DNA of 54,561 nt, filler included, from Sluysia triapertura (lineage: Eukaryota): assembly GCA_046118255.1 (NCBI GenBank). It is 4 parts of 4 records of this genome, joined end to end, with 100 filler letters (N's around TTAATTAATTAA, not from the genome) between each part and the next. Parts side by side here need not be neighbours in the genome. Positions count along the whole stretch, not along the records: positions 1 to 12,047 come from JBJNIA010145054.1; positions 12,148 to 24,497 come from JBJNIA010117306.1; 2 more parts are not named here. The stretch is one strand, 5' to 3'. Positions within the stretch are counted from its first letter, which is position 1, and each line of letters begins with the position of its first letter. Positions 1 through 12,217 of the stretch are shown here, one piece after another. The notes beneath the pieces are model-generated. The model ran no database searches. It was not told where the DNA came from and saw only the letters and a program-made list of their open reading frames with translations. Made by a program: the position numbers and the translations under genes.

Positions 1-60
1 ATCGGTCTCTAGTGTCATTCTTCTTTCTAAATTCTCAATCAAATTATTATTTTTTTAAAA

Positions 61-92
61 TGACGTAAAATATGGGTGACGTAAAATATGGG
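61..92. repeat. 16-bp perfect tandem duplication (TGACGTAAAATATGGG)x2
   Basis: Directly visible at 61-76 and 77-92. Confidence 0.9.
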
Positions 93-1468
93 TTCGACAT
101 TTATTATTCTAAACTTTAATCAATTTTAACTCCTAAGATATTGTTATCACTCAAACGGCTCAATTTATGTGTTTAGTTTGTTCAAAAATATCAAGTTCGT
201 TTCCCTATGGAGTTCTATTTTAAGTCTGTCTTCAAACAAATAAAATTAAAGTCGGTAAGATTTATTTATAAGAATTAACTAAATAATTACTTATTTTATA
301 AACAAAACGAACAAAAACAAACGATAACAAATTTTTTAAAGTTTTTGTTTTCAGGCTAGACAATAAATATCACTCACGTATGTCTCCCACTTCAAAATTT
401 TAATCTCTGCTTGCAAAATTTCAATCTCAAAACTTCCACTAATTGATAAATACTCCTCTTTGTTGTGAGTAAACACAATTGTGGTATGAGTTTTTGTAAC
501 TGATATTTATATCGTTTATTATTAACATTTAATAATTTAATTTATATATTAGTGTGACAATAATAATTTTATTGAAATTATTTTGTTGATACAATAAATG
601 TATATAGTAACAATTTTGTTAATACGTGCAGTAATAATAAATATTGTTATCAGTAATATCAGTAATGTTAATAAGTAATATAATAATAATTTTGTTAATA
701 ATAAATATTGCTCTCGGCCTGAATATTTAATTTATTATTATTAATTTATATTCATTCTTATTTTATGATAATTTTTTTCGATTATTATTTTGATTGAGAA
801 TAATGTTGCTAATTTTTAAATACATACTATTATTATTCAATCTCATTTTAATATGATTTTAAATTGCATATTATAGTATTCTGAATTATGTTTCTAAGAC
901 GATTCTAATCGGATTTTATGTTCTTAAATTTTTGATTTCCTATCACTGTTATTAATTCTTAATTTAAAATGAATTCTTGATTATGATAATAGAGTTTAAT
1001 GTTTATAAATTTTAATTTCATATAATCCTGTAGTATCACATTTTAAAATGATTATTTATACTATTTCAATTTAAAACGGCTTGTTATTTGCTACTAAATT
1101 TTAAGTTTATACTAGTTAAATCCTATCTTAAATTACTATAAAAGCATTATAATCTCAATGATAATTTAATTTTACTTTAAATTTTATTTTAAGAAATTGA
1201 TTTTAGATTGGATTTAAAATTTTGAAGGATTAAATAGATGATTATTATGCTACAATATCATTGTCAATTAACTTCTTAATTTCATTTATATTTTTATTAA
1301 TTTCTTTCTCTAATCAAAATCATGTAAATATATTTTCGGGATTATATGGCTAATTTCATCTATATATTAATTAATTTTCTATAATATTGGTTTGGTCATA
1401 TAATTTGTTTATTTCGTGTAAATTCATTTGGTCTGTTTTAGTCTCTTATTTGTATTTTCATTTCTATT

Positions 1469-1653
1469 NNNNNNNNNNNNNNNNNNNNNNNNNNNNNNNN
1501 NNNNNNNNNNNNNNNNNNNNNNNNNNNNNNNNNNNNNNNNNNNNNNNNNNNNNNNNNNNNNNNNNNNNNNNNNNNNNNNNNNNNNNNNNNNNNNNNNNNN
1601 NNNNNNNNNNNNNNNNNNNNNNNNNNNNNNNNNNNNNNNNNNNNNNNNNNNNN
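1469..1653. other. Scaffold gap (N run)
   Basis: Plain N run; ORFs 1387 and 1428 crossing it are artefacts. Confidence 0.98.
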
Positions 1654-2438
1654 AATAAATTTAATGGTACAATTATTATAACGTTTTCATTATCTCTTTT
1701 ACGTATAATGTCGAATATTTTGATTGACAGTTATGTCTTATTTTCTATTTTAATAAAATAAAATATGTTAAACAAATTTAAAATCAAATTACTAGTTTTC
1801 TAAATAATTACTGTAAATACTTCACTTCATAATAATTATAGTTATATCCTGCTTTGCTAGATAAATTCATTTGGAAATTATCATTAAATAATATGAAACA
1901 TATCTTATTTATTTAAAAATAAATAAATATGCATTTATATGTAAAAAATATTTTAGACTTTTAACATAAAACTAAAAGTTTCTAGATTGTTAGGTAAAAT
2001 ACTTATGGGATTTTATTTTGTGAAACTTTTTGATAATCTTTATTTTATTGTTATGATTTTTATCTTATTATCTTATTGTGTTTCATCGTGTGACTATATT
2101 ATGAACTTTTGATTTTATAGTGCAACAGATAATTTTTACTTCGTTTAAAATCTATCACTTTAATTGGTTTATGATTAGTCTTTATATCGTAGAAGTTAGT
2201 TATACAAAATTATCAAATCAAACAAATTATGATATACCAAAATTATTTTTAATGTTCAAACCAGAAACTTATATAATATTTTACTATGTAGAAAATACTG
2301 TTTTATGTGATATTTTCTACAAATATTATGTTATTGTTCGGATTGCCCAACTTTGAAATAGGAGATGGGTAGAAAGCATGGAATTACAAAATGTGTGAAA
2401 AATTGATACAAAGTTGTGGATAGAACGTTATAAACATT

Positions 2439-2600
2439 TGTTGGGGTAAAAGGCCTAAAAAGTGCCAAGTAGTATAATTGAATATATTTAAAAATGAAAT
2501 TGTTAGACGGGGCTGATAGCTAAGTGGTAGAACATTCGAACTGCGCAGCGATGGTCCCGGGTTCGATCCCTAGTCAGTCCATTTTACGAAGTCTAACAGT
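2439..2600 (+). repeat. tRNA-containing repeat cassette, copy A (5' leader + tRNA-like body + 3' trailer)
   Basis: Leader TGTTGGGGTAAAAG...TGTTAGACGGGGC and trailer CAGTCCATTTTACGAAGTCTAACA both align with 31573-31865. Confidence 0.8.
2510..2581 (+). pseudogene. tRNA-like pseudogene (Ala/Pro-like body, anticodon not assignable)
   Basis: Acceptor stem GGGCTGA/TCAGTCC-A, A-box TAGCTAAGTGG, B-box GGTTCGATCCC, followed by TTTT. D, anticodon and T stems carry mismatches and the anticodon loop looks 8 nt long. Confidence 0.75.
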
Positions 2601-4399
2601 TACCTCCATTTACTTTCATGGTTTCTACTTCACACCACTTTGTAAGAAAGAAAAACCTTACTCAACGTATTGGAATTCAATTCAGAAAAAGCTTTTTCAA
2701 CAGCATGGTTCAATGTAATGTTCTTGGTTAAAACATCATATAGAAAAAGTGTTTTCATAATGACATTTGAATGAGTTAATTTTTGAAAGTGCAACCTATG
2801 AAAAGAATACTTGCATGTTAATATATGGGATGGTCACAAGAACAAATCTCAAATGTAGCAGTGTTTCAAATGGATCTAATGTTTCAGACTGTTCCACTGT
2901 GAATAAAAACTTTTTTTGTCTTCATCAATGTACCAGAAAAGGCAATACATTAAAAAGTCTGCCAAATACAACAAAATATTACATAATTTGCTGATTGTAT
3001 AGGTAAAATTGTGTTTTCCGAAAAGCGTTAACTAAACTGAACGAAATAATCAATAAAAAAGAGTTATGTTTTAAAGTGGATAAATTTAATTTCTGCAAAC
3101 TTACCGTTTTCCTTTCGCATCTTTGTACACCTTTTGTTGAATTTGTTTCTTTATCGTATTATCATCAATGTAAGTCATTGACTTTTGAGATATAAATCCA
3201 AGTTCCTGAAAAATTGAATTAACTCTTTCAATACGATTTTTTTATTTTAATAATTCGTGTAATATTTATAGCACAAAATATTTATTAACAAATATTTAAA
3301 TAAATGATCATATTATTTATTGATTATTGCAAAATAATAATTGGGACACATTGTCCCAATAGTATTGGTGAGTGAGTCGTATGTGTCTCAACAGGATTTA
3401 AAAAGACGATAGTAGGTTTTATTATATTTTTTAATTGTTAATAGATTACAAAGTTTTAATTTTTAAAAGAAAGTTAGCCAGAATTTTTATCATTGTTACA
3501 TTGAAATTCTTAACATTTAATTTGATTTTATAAACAAAATCTTTAGGCTTAATACCTTTAACAAACATTAACAAAATTTATAGCAAACAAATTAACCCAA
3601 TAAACAAATGTTTTTTATTATAGAACAATAAAAACGAAACAAAAAATGTTAAAAATAAACGTTCATAAAACGATTAATATAAAATTGTATCTCACGCACT
3701 CACAATGCTCTCTCATACGATAAAAAAGGAACACTGTCCATAGATACTTTATGACCTAAATCAATACAATTTTTATACTTAACAGTATTATTATAATTAT
3801 GCCACTGTCTATTATACATTATAACTTGTAAAACATACATGAAAATTGATTGATTAAAATTATTAAAGAAAAATAACAATGTAAATAAGTATACTATAAA
3901 TTTCAAAATAAATTTCTAGAATCAAATTAGTAATCCGACCAATAGACAATTTTAGAATAAGATACATCACTTCTACTATAATGAATGCTATATAATAAAT
4001 ACAAATCTGTATTTACAAGAAAAAAATAGTGAATTCTATGAAATCTAAACCATATGATGATGAAATGCACGCATACAATGAATGAAATTGAAAAAGAAAC
4101 CATTTATAATAGAGCAAGTTTGAATCATTTAACTTGTGTGTTCGATGCGCATAAAATTCATGCCGCTCAGAAGCAATAACTTTATTAACATACATTTACC
4201 AATATCGATTATTTTTGAAAGGGTTTTAATTAATATTAATTAATATATTAATAAGTATTATGAAATTATTATATAAGTAATTTTAATTTTTGAAATTATT
4301 TTCTAAATTTAACCAAATTTTCTTTTAATTAATGTTTTGACTTTTCGTATAATAATTGTTAAATTTATAAAATGGCATAATTTTGCTTCAGTTAATTGT

Positions 4400-4752
4400 A
4401 GATCTAAATATATCTAACAAATATAAAAACAATAATAATAGATATACGAGAAACAATAAATAAACATATATATACGAAAAGAAAACAAATGAATAATAGC
4501 AATCGTAACAATGATAACAACACTGGTCATAACAATAATTATAGCATTATTGTAATAATTTAGTATTATTATGACGATAGTTATTATTATTGCGATAATA
4601 ATTATAATAATAATTGCACAATAGTAGTAATTATAAATTATTGATTGCATTTATGTTTTGAATGTATCGAATAACTTGTCTAGCAATTTGTTAAGAAGTG
4701 TTGATTTATGATGAAATGTGCTTGTGATGTGTAGATTTAGAGTTATTATTTT
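4400..4752 (-). repeat. Dispersed repeat 'module X' (CA-rich coding-like head, TAA-rich tract, pyrimidine tract)
   Basis: Minus-strand AACTCTAAATCTACACATCACAA is identical to the sequence at ~39475 (+) and the alignment continues. Reads TLNLHIT...LLNKLLDKLFDTFKT. Confidence 0.75.
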
Positions 4753-5619
4753 CTTTATTATTACTATTACTATCATTACTATTTTCTTTATTATTACTAC
4801 TTTTGGTCTTTCTGTAACTTTAGTCAAAATATAATGATTCATTTTTAATGCACGCACACCCACAGAAAACAAACAAAAATCGAATCATTGTAAAATATAA
4901 AATAATTACTATTCTTATTAAATGTTCAACCAAATATTAATTATCACCTATTAAATAGTATTACATCAACCAATTAGAATGAGTAAAAATCACAATAAAA
5001 TGATTATTGCAGAAAACTTGTATATAAGTATTACCAGAATAAGTAGTACTTTCTTTGTGTTGAAAATATTAAAAAAAAGTGAAAAAACAATTATCAAAAA
5101 TTCGTTGGTGGTTTAAATTGAATTTGAAAAATATGAACAAAAATTTAATATGATAGAAATTCTGAGTAGATAAACTAAGTGATTTTTCATGATAAATCAA
5201 TCTTTTTAAATTAATAATTCATAAATTAAAATGAATAATTAAATGTTTAATAAACACTGATTTTTAAAATTAAATTATTTACGTCAGAAATATTTTCATA
5301 AAATAATATAAATTAATAATATTTTTAAATCATAAAAAATTATTTTAAATTATTAAGTTATTTTAAAATTTGACAAATAAATAAATATTTTTTAAATCAA
5401 TACTTCGAAATGTATATAGGAGTAGAAAGAATTGTAAGGATTTTGTTATGATTTTAAGTTTTCCATAATTGCTGGTCTTAGAAAATTTATCAAAATTTAT
5501 CAAATGTAAAACATTATATTTAACTTTTTTATTGTTAATTAATTTTAAATAACAAAAATTAATAAAATAAAAATTGATTTTAATAACTTTATTCTTTATT
5601 ACATAAAAGTGTCTATAGA

Positions 5620-6781
5620 GTTAAATTTTTCCAAGACATCTCTTCTGACCATGTTCAGAATCTTAACATCTGAAATAAAAATCATGGATAAATAAGTTTT
5701 ATTATAAAATTTGTAATTGTTTACCTCGCTTGTAGTATCATCGTTGTTCCTTTATATTTGATCATCAGTTAATTGGACGTTAACTGATGATAGTTCCAAT
5801 CTAGTGTTCTGTGACAAAGACGAATCACCGCACAATATTGCATCTTCTAGTTGATTAATGTTGTGAGCATAGCTGCAAGTGATCCCGTACTTCAAACACA
5901 ATCCATTTAGATCGGCTGGGTAAGTACACATCATTCTTTTTGGCTTGTTTGGTTTATAATTAACTTCACGAAGATCCTTGTAATCATGACAGTTCGCCGA
6001 ATCATTACATTTTTTAAAACCATTGCACACTTTTCTATTTAATTCATGTATTAGATTTGAATTAAAATGGTAAGATCGACTTTTAAATTCGATTGCTTTA
6101 ACAGTCATTGATGATACTGAGCTAATAATTCTGTAGCATGATGTATCTTGGAATGATTGATCTTTAATGTAAATATAATCTTTATTTGATTCATGAAATT
6201 TCAATTTTCCGTTATAATTAATTTTGAGTATCATAAATTGATGTTTGTAATTTGTATAGATCTTTACTATCTCACCGGTCTTGAACAGAACTTATCCAAA
6301 GGCATAATTGACTTGATCTTGTAAAATGATTAAGAAAGGCATTACTTGATTTTTTACGATGGTATAGTACTGTAATAGAGACAAGTTTAATTTTATCACT
6401 AATAACAAGACGAATTTCATTTAATGTTTGTTTTCGAGAATTATTTTGACAGCAATCGTCTTGTTGGAAACTAAATTGGTTGTTGATTTCATTAAAAACA
6501 TTTTGTAATTGTCCAAGTAGACTTACGTATACGTGAGGAAATAGCGTTATTTCATTCACTACATTACTAATAGAATTTATTTTGGTAAGAGTTAATTTTG
6601 TACGATCAATACGTGTTTCAGTCATATATTTGCGTAAATATGCTTCACCTCCAGTATAAGCAATATAGAATTCGTTATCAAATATTATATCATCGATTAT
6701 GTTCCTATAAATCACTTCATCAACCGCTTTCGTCAACGCTTTACGTTTAAATTCAAATTGTTGGTTACACATATTAAACAA
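5620..6781 (-). pseudogene. Unkempt-type CCCH zinc-finger family gene, copy 1 (frameshifted)
   Basis: ORFs 6272-6781 and 5752-6234 overlap out of frame at ~6275-6291 (one +1 shift joins them). Finger C-TYPADLNGL-C-LKYGIT-C-SYA-H at 5863-5928. Probable terminal intron 5724-5670 (GTAAAC...TTTCAG). Confidence 0.75.
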
Positions 6782-6944
6782 GTAATAATGATTAAATTTA
6801 TCAAAACGAAAAATTTTTATATTTTTTAATTAATAACTGCGAATTAAAACAATTAATAACAATTACTGGTAAATTTTAGCCAAATCAATGATTTTTATAT
6901 CAGTCTATTAATTAATCTTTGTTTTCTGTAAAAAATAATTGTAA

Positions 6945-7113
6945 TTGGCTGCCCAATCAAAGTGAACATGACCAGTGACACAAGTACGAACTTTTATTGG
7001 GCAGTCAACAAGAGTAGAAAATGAAATAGATGGTCGTGTAATAAGCTGTCATTAGTCGACAGCTGGCAAAATGGTAACAATTGATTTGAAATATCTGTCA
7101 ACTGGTGACAGCT
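6945..7113 (-). promoter_or_regulatory. Upstream element with inverted CCAAT arms and CTGTC/GACAG hairpins
   Basis: TTGGCTGCCCAAT (6945-6957) ... ATTGGGCAGTCAA (6996-7008), then AGCTGTC-n7-GACAGCT and CTGTCA-n5-TGACAG. The same inverted arms lie upstream of copy 2. Confidence 0.55.
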
Positions 7114-7499
7114 AATGGTAATTAAATTTTATAATGAAATATATTGGTGAATAACAAAAATCAGTGGTGAATAACAAAAATTTAGGACAAAAATTGATGA
7201 TAATCGTAAAAATGATAGTGATAAAAATGATAATAATAATAATAATAATAACACAATGTTATTATTATTATTATTAAACTGCATAAACTCTTTCTGAATT
7301 TAACACGACATTTCTTTAATTTTCTTTATATTTCTTGAAATATTTGAAAGCTAGAATTAAAAATGATAGAATTAAGGATAATAACAAGAGCGACAATGTT
7401 ATCGTTATTATTGTTATTAAAATGCATAAAGTCTTAGATTCTTTAAAAATTGTTCATGATCTTACTTTAAATCTTTTTAGATTTCTTAACATATTAGGC

Positions 7500-8087
7500 T
7501 TATGAGAACAAATCAACTTTACAGAATTGTGAATTTGCGATGTTAGGGCTTAAAGATGTAAGATAATGTGTAAGGCTTTTTTTATATAAATCTTAACTGC
7601 TGTTTTCTAGTTTTTTTGTAAATTTTAGATAATTGAACCTAATATTCTAAATGAAATAATGTTTCTAACTGAAAATGTTAATGGATCATGAGTTATAAGG
7701 GTGTAGTTGAGTGTATACAAAGTAGATAAGTTACAGTCTCACTTTTGATAAGTTGGTAAGGTGCTTATAGATGTCTAAAATGTGATTTATTGTCTTAATG
7801 TTTTTAAATAGTGATATATTTATGTGCTGTTGAAAACGAGTTATGAGTTTAAAATGTTCGAATTGATTAGAAGGTGTCAGGTGGATAATTTCGAATGTGG
7901 TTGTAGTTTGATTGTTATGAATATCGAGTAAAATATTTTTGATGAATGTCTTAATGTGAATTGATGGCATTGGATGTCGTTGTGGTTTATATGTTATGAG
8001 ATTGTGGATATAAATTGACTTTAGCGCTTGAATTGTTTTGGTGAATGTAGGAGATAAATATGAGAATGTTAAAATGTTAAAGGACAT
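7500..8087 (-). repeat. Dispersed 'module Y' (CA-skewed coding-like sequence, includes ORF 7731-8087)
   Basis: ATCAATTCACATTAA (minus strand, 7951-7965) is identical to 22288-22302 (+). A similar sequence occupies the same position relative to copy 2 (29160-29700). Confidence 0.6.
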
Positions 8088-8269
8088 GGTTTCATGTATA
8101 ATGTGTTGATTTAGCTTGATATTGTTTTATATTAATTTTTGAATATGAATTATAGATTTTGTAGTATTATGAAAAATGATTTTTATAAAATTTGATAATA
8201 GTGAAAGGTTGACTACCACAGTAACGATAATACACAAGAGATTTATAATAATATAATAATAATAAAACA

Positions 8270-8410
8270 GATTTAGACACTTGTGAAACTATTATGACTG
8301 TGTTTATGTTTTGATGTATTGTAGTTTTTTTAATAACTCGTTTATGGAATATATGTTGATTTATGTTGAAGTTTGTTTGTGATTGTTATGAGTTGATTTA
8401 TAATTCATCG
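8270..8410 (-). repeat. Module X, partial copy
   Basis: Minus-strand AAACACAGTCATAAT is shared with the copy at ~39555; CATAAATCAACA is shared with the 4.7-kb copy. Confidence 0.6.
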
Positions 8411-9900
8411 TTTAATTTCAATTTTAGTTGATTTTGCGTACAAACTTTATTGAGTTCTTAAAATAACTAAATAATAAATTTACAAACATGTTATTTAACA
8501 AATAATTCTTGTTCATTTTTTAAAATTCATCATTACTTATTTTCACGATATATTTAAGTTTTAATTTAAATGATAGAGCTCAAGATTAACTCATAAATTA
8601 TCTGAAGAAATAAATCCATAACGAAATTTTGAATTCGAAAGTTAATTTGAACTCAATTATGTAAACTCTCATTTTATGCACACATCACTATATTGAAATT
8701 TGCCTACTAAGTGATGTGTCATATACAATTTCTATCCACTGACTCAATTATACTATGATAACATCCAGGAAAAATCGATAATTTTTTCTATTGTAATACA
8801 CGCCATCAAACAATTAATGCATAATGTGTGTGTTCATAAAAATATTTTGTAGAAATAACCCAATATTTCTTTGCAAACATCATCACTTTCTTCCTCAAAT
8901 TATTAGAAAAAACGCCATGTTACTTTTATTTCTTTTATTCAACAATTTTTTACAATTTAATGTTGGAAATTAATACAATCTCATAAGATTTTGTAACGGT
9001 AAGCTACTTTTATATTTCATTAATTTAAATATTAAAATTTTTATTGATGTTTTATGGTGGCAGATTAAATGTTTATTTACTTTAATATTAGTTTTGGTAA
9101 TTTTAAACAACTGAAATATTATTATTTTAAATTATTTAACAAAGAAATAATTCCAGTTACAAATTCAATTGTTTAACATTATCAACAATTGTTATTAATT
9201 TCTAGTTATGTTGTATAATTATGAATTAAATATATATATTTGTCTTAAATCGTAAATAAAAGGTACTAGAAATTGGTAAATATATTTTCTTAAGATAAAC
9301 TTTCAATAAATACAATTAAATAATTTTTCGTATAAATTTATGTAATTAATTTTTCCATTTTAGCTATATTTTAAGGCTTAAATATGTAATCAAATATGAT
9401 TTCATATAATTTAACAAACGGTATGAATTTATTTTTGACCTCAGGCGTGAATAGTGAAGTTTTAAAAATATAAATAATTTAACAAAAGTAAAATTTGCAA
9501 ATTCAAATATGTCAATTCTTTTAAAGTTTTCTCAGAAATATTGTTAGAAAAGTAAACTTTTTAGAATTTAAGTTTTAAGTCTTCATTTTTTAATATTATG
9601 ATTAATTGATTGTTGTAACTATTAAGCTTTGTATAACTCTATGTTGTCAAGACGTATAACCGTTATTTTTCACTAAATACATCTCTGTCTCTGTGTCTCG
9701 AAAAGACAATTCAATAAATCATTGTAGTCGGTGAAGTTTTCAAAGTTGTTTTGTCAGTCTGATTTAACTACATTGGTATCACAGTTGTTGTCCGGTTTAT
9801 ATTTGTTCAAATATATCAAATTTGTATACATACATATATAAGTACATACATAAACACAAACATATAATAATCCTCAAAATAACGATCTTTACTGACGACG

Positions 9901-10592
9901 ATGCTATTAACAAAGGATCAACACCATGAATCTAAAGAAGTTATCGTTGAATCCACCAATGAAAAAGAAAGCAGTATTTCGAAAGAAGAGAAAAAAGTAA
10001 CAGAAAAAACGGAAATAACAGAAAATGACTTAAATTCAATTGATAACAATGATAACAATAGTAATACTAATCATACCAGTAATGTTACGAAGATACAAGT
10101 AAAACAAAACCAACGTGGAGGTTTGGTTATTTTAATTTTTTTAAATTTTATTGCAGAAGAAAGAAAATTGTTTATTGGTATGTTAAGCAAACAACAGAAT
10201 GAAGAGGACGTTAAAGAAATGTTTAAGCAATTTGGTAATATTGAAGAATGTACAATATTACGTGATCAAAGTGGTAATAGTAAAGGTTATATTAATATCA
10301 TTTTTAATTAACGATTATCTATTTATTATAGTAATTATTTTACTATATTATTTTTATAGGATGTGCATTTATTAAATTTTCTACTCGTTCTGAAGCTTAT
10401 ACTGCAATTGGTGCAATGCATGGCAGTTTAACAATACCCGGTGCTTCATCAAGTCTTGTAGTTAAATTTGCAGATACAGAAAAAGAACGACAGACACGAA
10501 AATTGCAACAATTTATTAATCCACTTGGAATTTTAAATCCTGGATTGGCGTTATCAGCATTAGGCGGTGCTGCTTATACACAGTACTTAGAA
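9901..10592 (+). CDS. CELF: CELF3-6 / Bruno-like RNA-binding protein, partial (exons 9901-10120, 10157-10285, 10360-10592)
   Basis: Spliced product [51 protein letters not shown]...[24 protein letters not shown] is the CELF3-6 RRM2 signature. GT-AG introns of 36 and 74 nt. The last donor is tentative and RRM3 is not seen before the contig end. Confidence 0.93.
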
Positions 10593-11983
10593 GTTAGTAA
10601 TAGAAATACTTCAGATTGATTTATAATTTAATTTATAAATAAATATTAAATTCATAAAATCAAAATAATAATGTAAGGGTGTAAAAGTTATTATATTTTT
10701 TGTATGTTTAAAAATAATTGTAAAAATTATTAAAATTAGTATTATTTAAAAAATTATAATAATAATTAAATTAAAATTAATAATTATTTTAAAAGTAATC
10801 TAAAAAGAATTTAAGGAATGTTCCAGAACAAGGAAGTGTTTTAACGAAGTAATTTTAATATACTTGTCTTTACGCGTATATAAAGAAAAACAAAGGGGTA
10901 CAGACGCCATTGTTATTACGTCATTCATATGAAAATTTCAAATTGAAGAAGCCACAATTATTGCAACAGACGCCATTAATTCAAAATTATCAATTCCATC
11001 TATCGCTTTTGGTTATTCGCTGTGCTCCAGAAGTCAACAAGTTAATCGATCATCCAGCAGCATGTATCCCGCGTATACGATAAGAGGGATTACAACTTCA
11101 ACTTTTCCGTAATCTGATCAATCAAATTAGGCACTTCCTGATCTTGAACATTAATTTATTAATTGAATCAGTAAGTTTGTTTCATGCACATTGAAAACTC
11201 GCTAGAGTTAAAATGTTTACGTAAAATATCTAATTTTCGGTTGGTCATTAAGATCAACCATAAAATCATTTTAAAATCTAAAATCACCGACTTTTAGTTG
11301 GCCCTTAAGGTCAGTTATAAAATCTTTATCAATAGGTAGAGTCTTCTGGCTAGACCTTTTGTTATAAGTAATTTAATTTTGTTATTATACTTGTTACCAT
11401 TTAAATTACGTTATTTGTGTTTTCATTTTCATAAATTTATAGTTGTTTTATTTTAATTTATTAAGTTTATTAAATTTGTAGTATAATAAAATTTAAAAAT
11501 TTTTGAGTTTTAGCTTATTGTAACTTTTACGTTAAATTTGTAACAGAAGTCGAATTTACTTTCTTTATTTTGCAGGAAATTTAAAATTAGATAAATTTTT
11601 CATTGGAGGCACTTTGATTACAGTGTAAACTCATTAATTCTTCAAAGGATTAAAAAACAAACTTTTATTGATAGTTTATATAAAATAACACATGCAAACT
11701 CGTAAAATCCACGATTATTGTAGTAAGACTTGATAAATAGTTGCAGTTTTAAAGGTAAAAGAGTAACACATCTTTATACAAATCTTATTAACCGTATTCT
11801 TACGTAGACTTAAATACAGACATCCGCGTTGGTCGTGGCTATCTTTATAAGTTATTCAGTTATCTGTTGACATAAATGACAATTTTCTTAAGTCAAAGTA
11901 AGGAGTATTTTTATATAGTTAATCTTTAAAATTGTTTTCACTTAATTTTACAGGTACGCCATTAGTAAGTAGTATAATAAGTA

Positions 11984-11984
<1 letters not shown>

Positions 11985-12045
<61 letters not shown>

Positions 12046-12047
12046 TA
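11985..12047. repeat. (AAT)n microsatellite at contig end
   Basis: Directly visible. Confidence 0.95.
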
Positions 12048-12147
12048 NNNNNNNNNNNNNNNNNNNNNNNNNNNNNNNNNNNNNNNNNNNNTTAATTAAT
12101 TAANNNNNNNNNNNNNNNNNNNNNNNNNNNNNNNNNNNNNNNNNNNN
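12048..12147. other. Synthetic contig linker (44N-TTAATTAATTAA-44N)
   Basis: Six-frame stop spacer, exactly 100 bp; the identical layout occurs three times. Confidence 0.95.
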
Positions 12148-12217
12148 CATAAGTTATTAGCCAATTAAGTTAATATTATAAAATGGGACCAAAAAAGGTT
12201 TGGTAGTGAAAGGGTTA
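12148..12217. mobile_element. Probable piggyBac-type element end
   Basis: GGTAGTGAAAGGG-TTAA matches the TTAA-CCCTT terminus typical of piggyBac. The partner end is not present (contig boundary). Confidence 0.4.

Noticed and set aside
1387-1761. ORFs spanning N runs (also 32456-32762)
   Set aside because: Open only because N codons are not stops.
2524-2718. ORF MVEHSNC...
   Set aside because: Translation of the tRNA-like repeat.
4414-4650. Ile-rich 'membrane protein' ORFs (also 41414, 45720, 35341, 34126)
   Set aside because: Translations of ATT/TAA-rich or T-rich low-complexity DNA.
6272-6300. Programmed ribosomal frameshift in CCCH copy 1
   Set aside because: No slippery site is evident and the other copies break at several different positions; pseudogenisation or assembly error is simpler.
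8600-9000. Possible homology to 22740-23100 (opposite strand)
   Set aside because: Only short AT-rich matches by eye; not supportable without alignment statistics.
12092-12103. TTAATTAATTAA recurring as a regularly spaced motif or CRISPR-like repeat
   Set aside because: Embedded symmetrically in Ns: an assembly linker.
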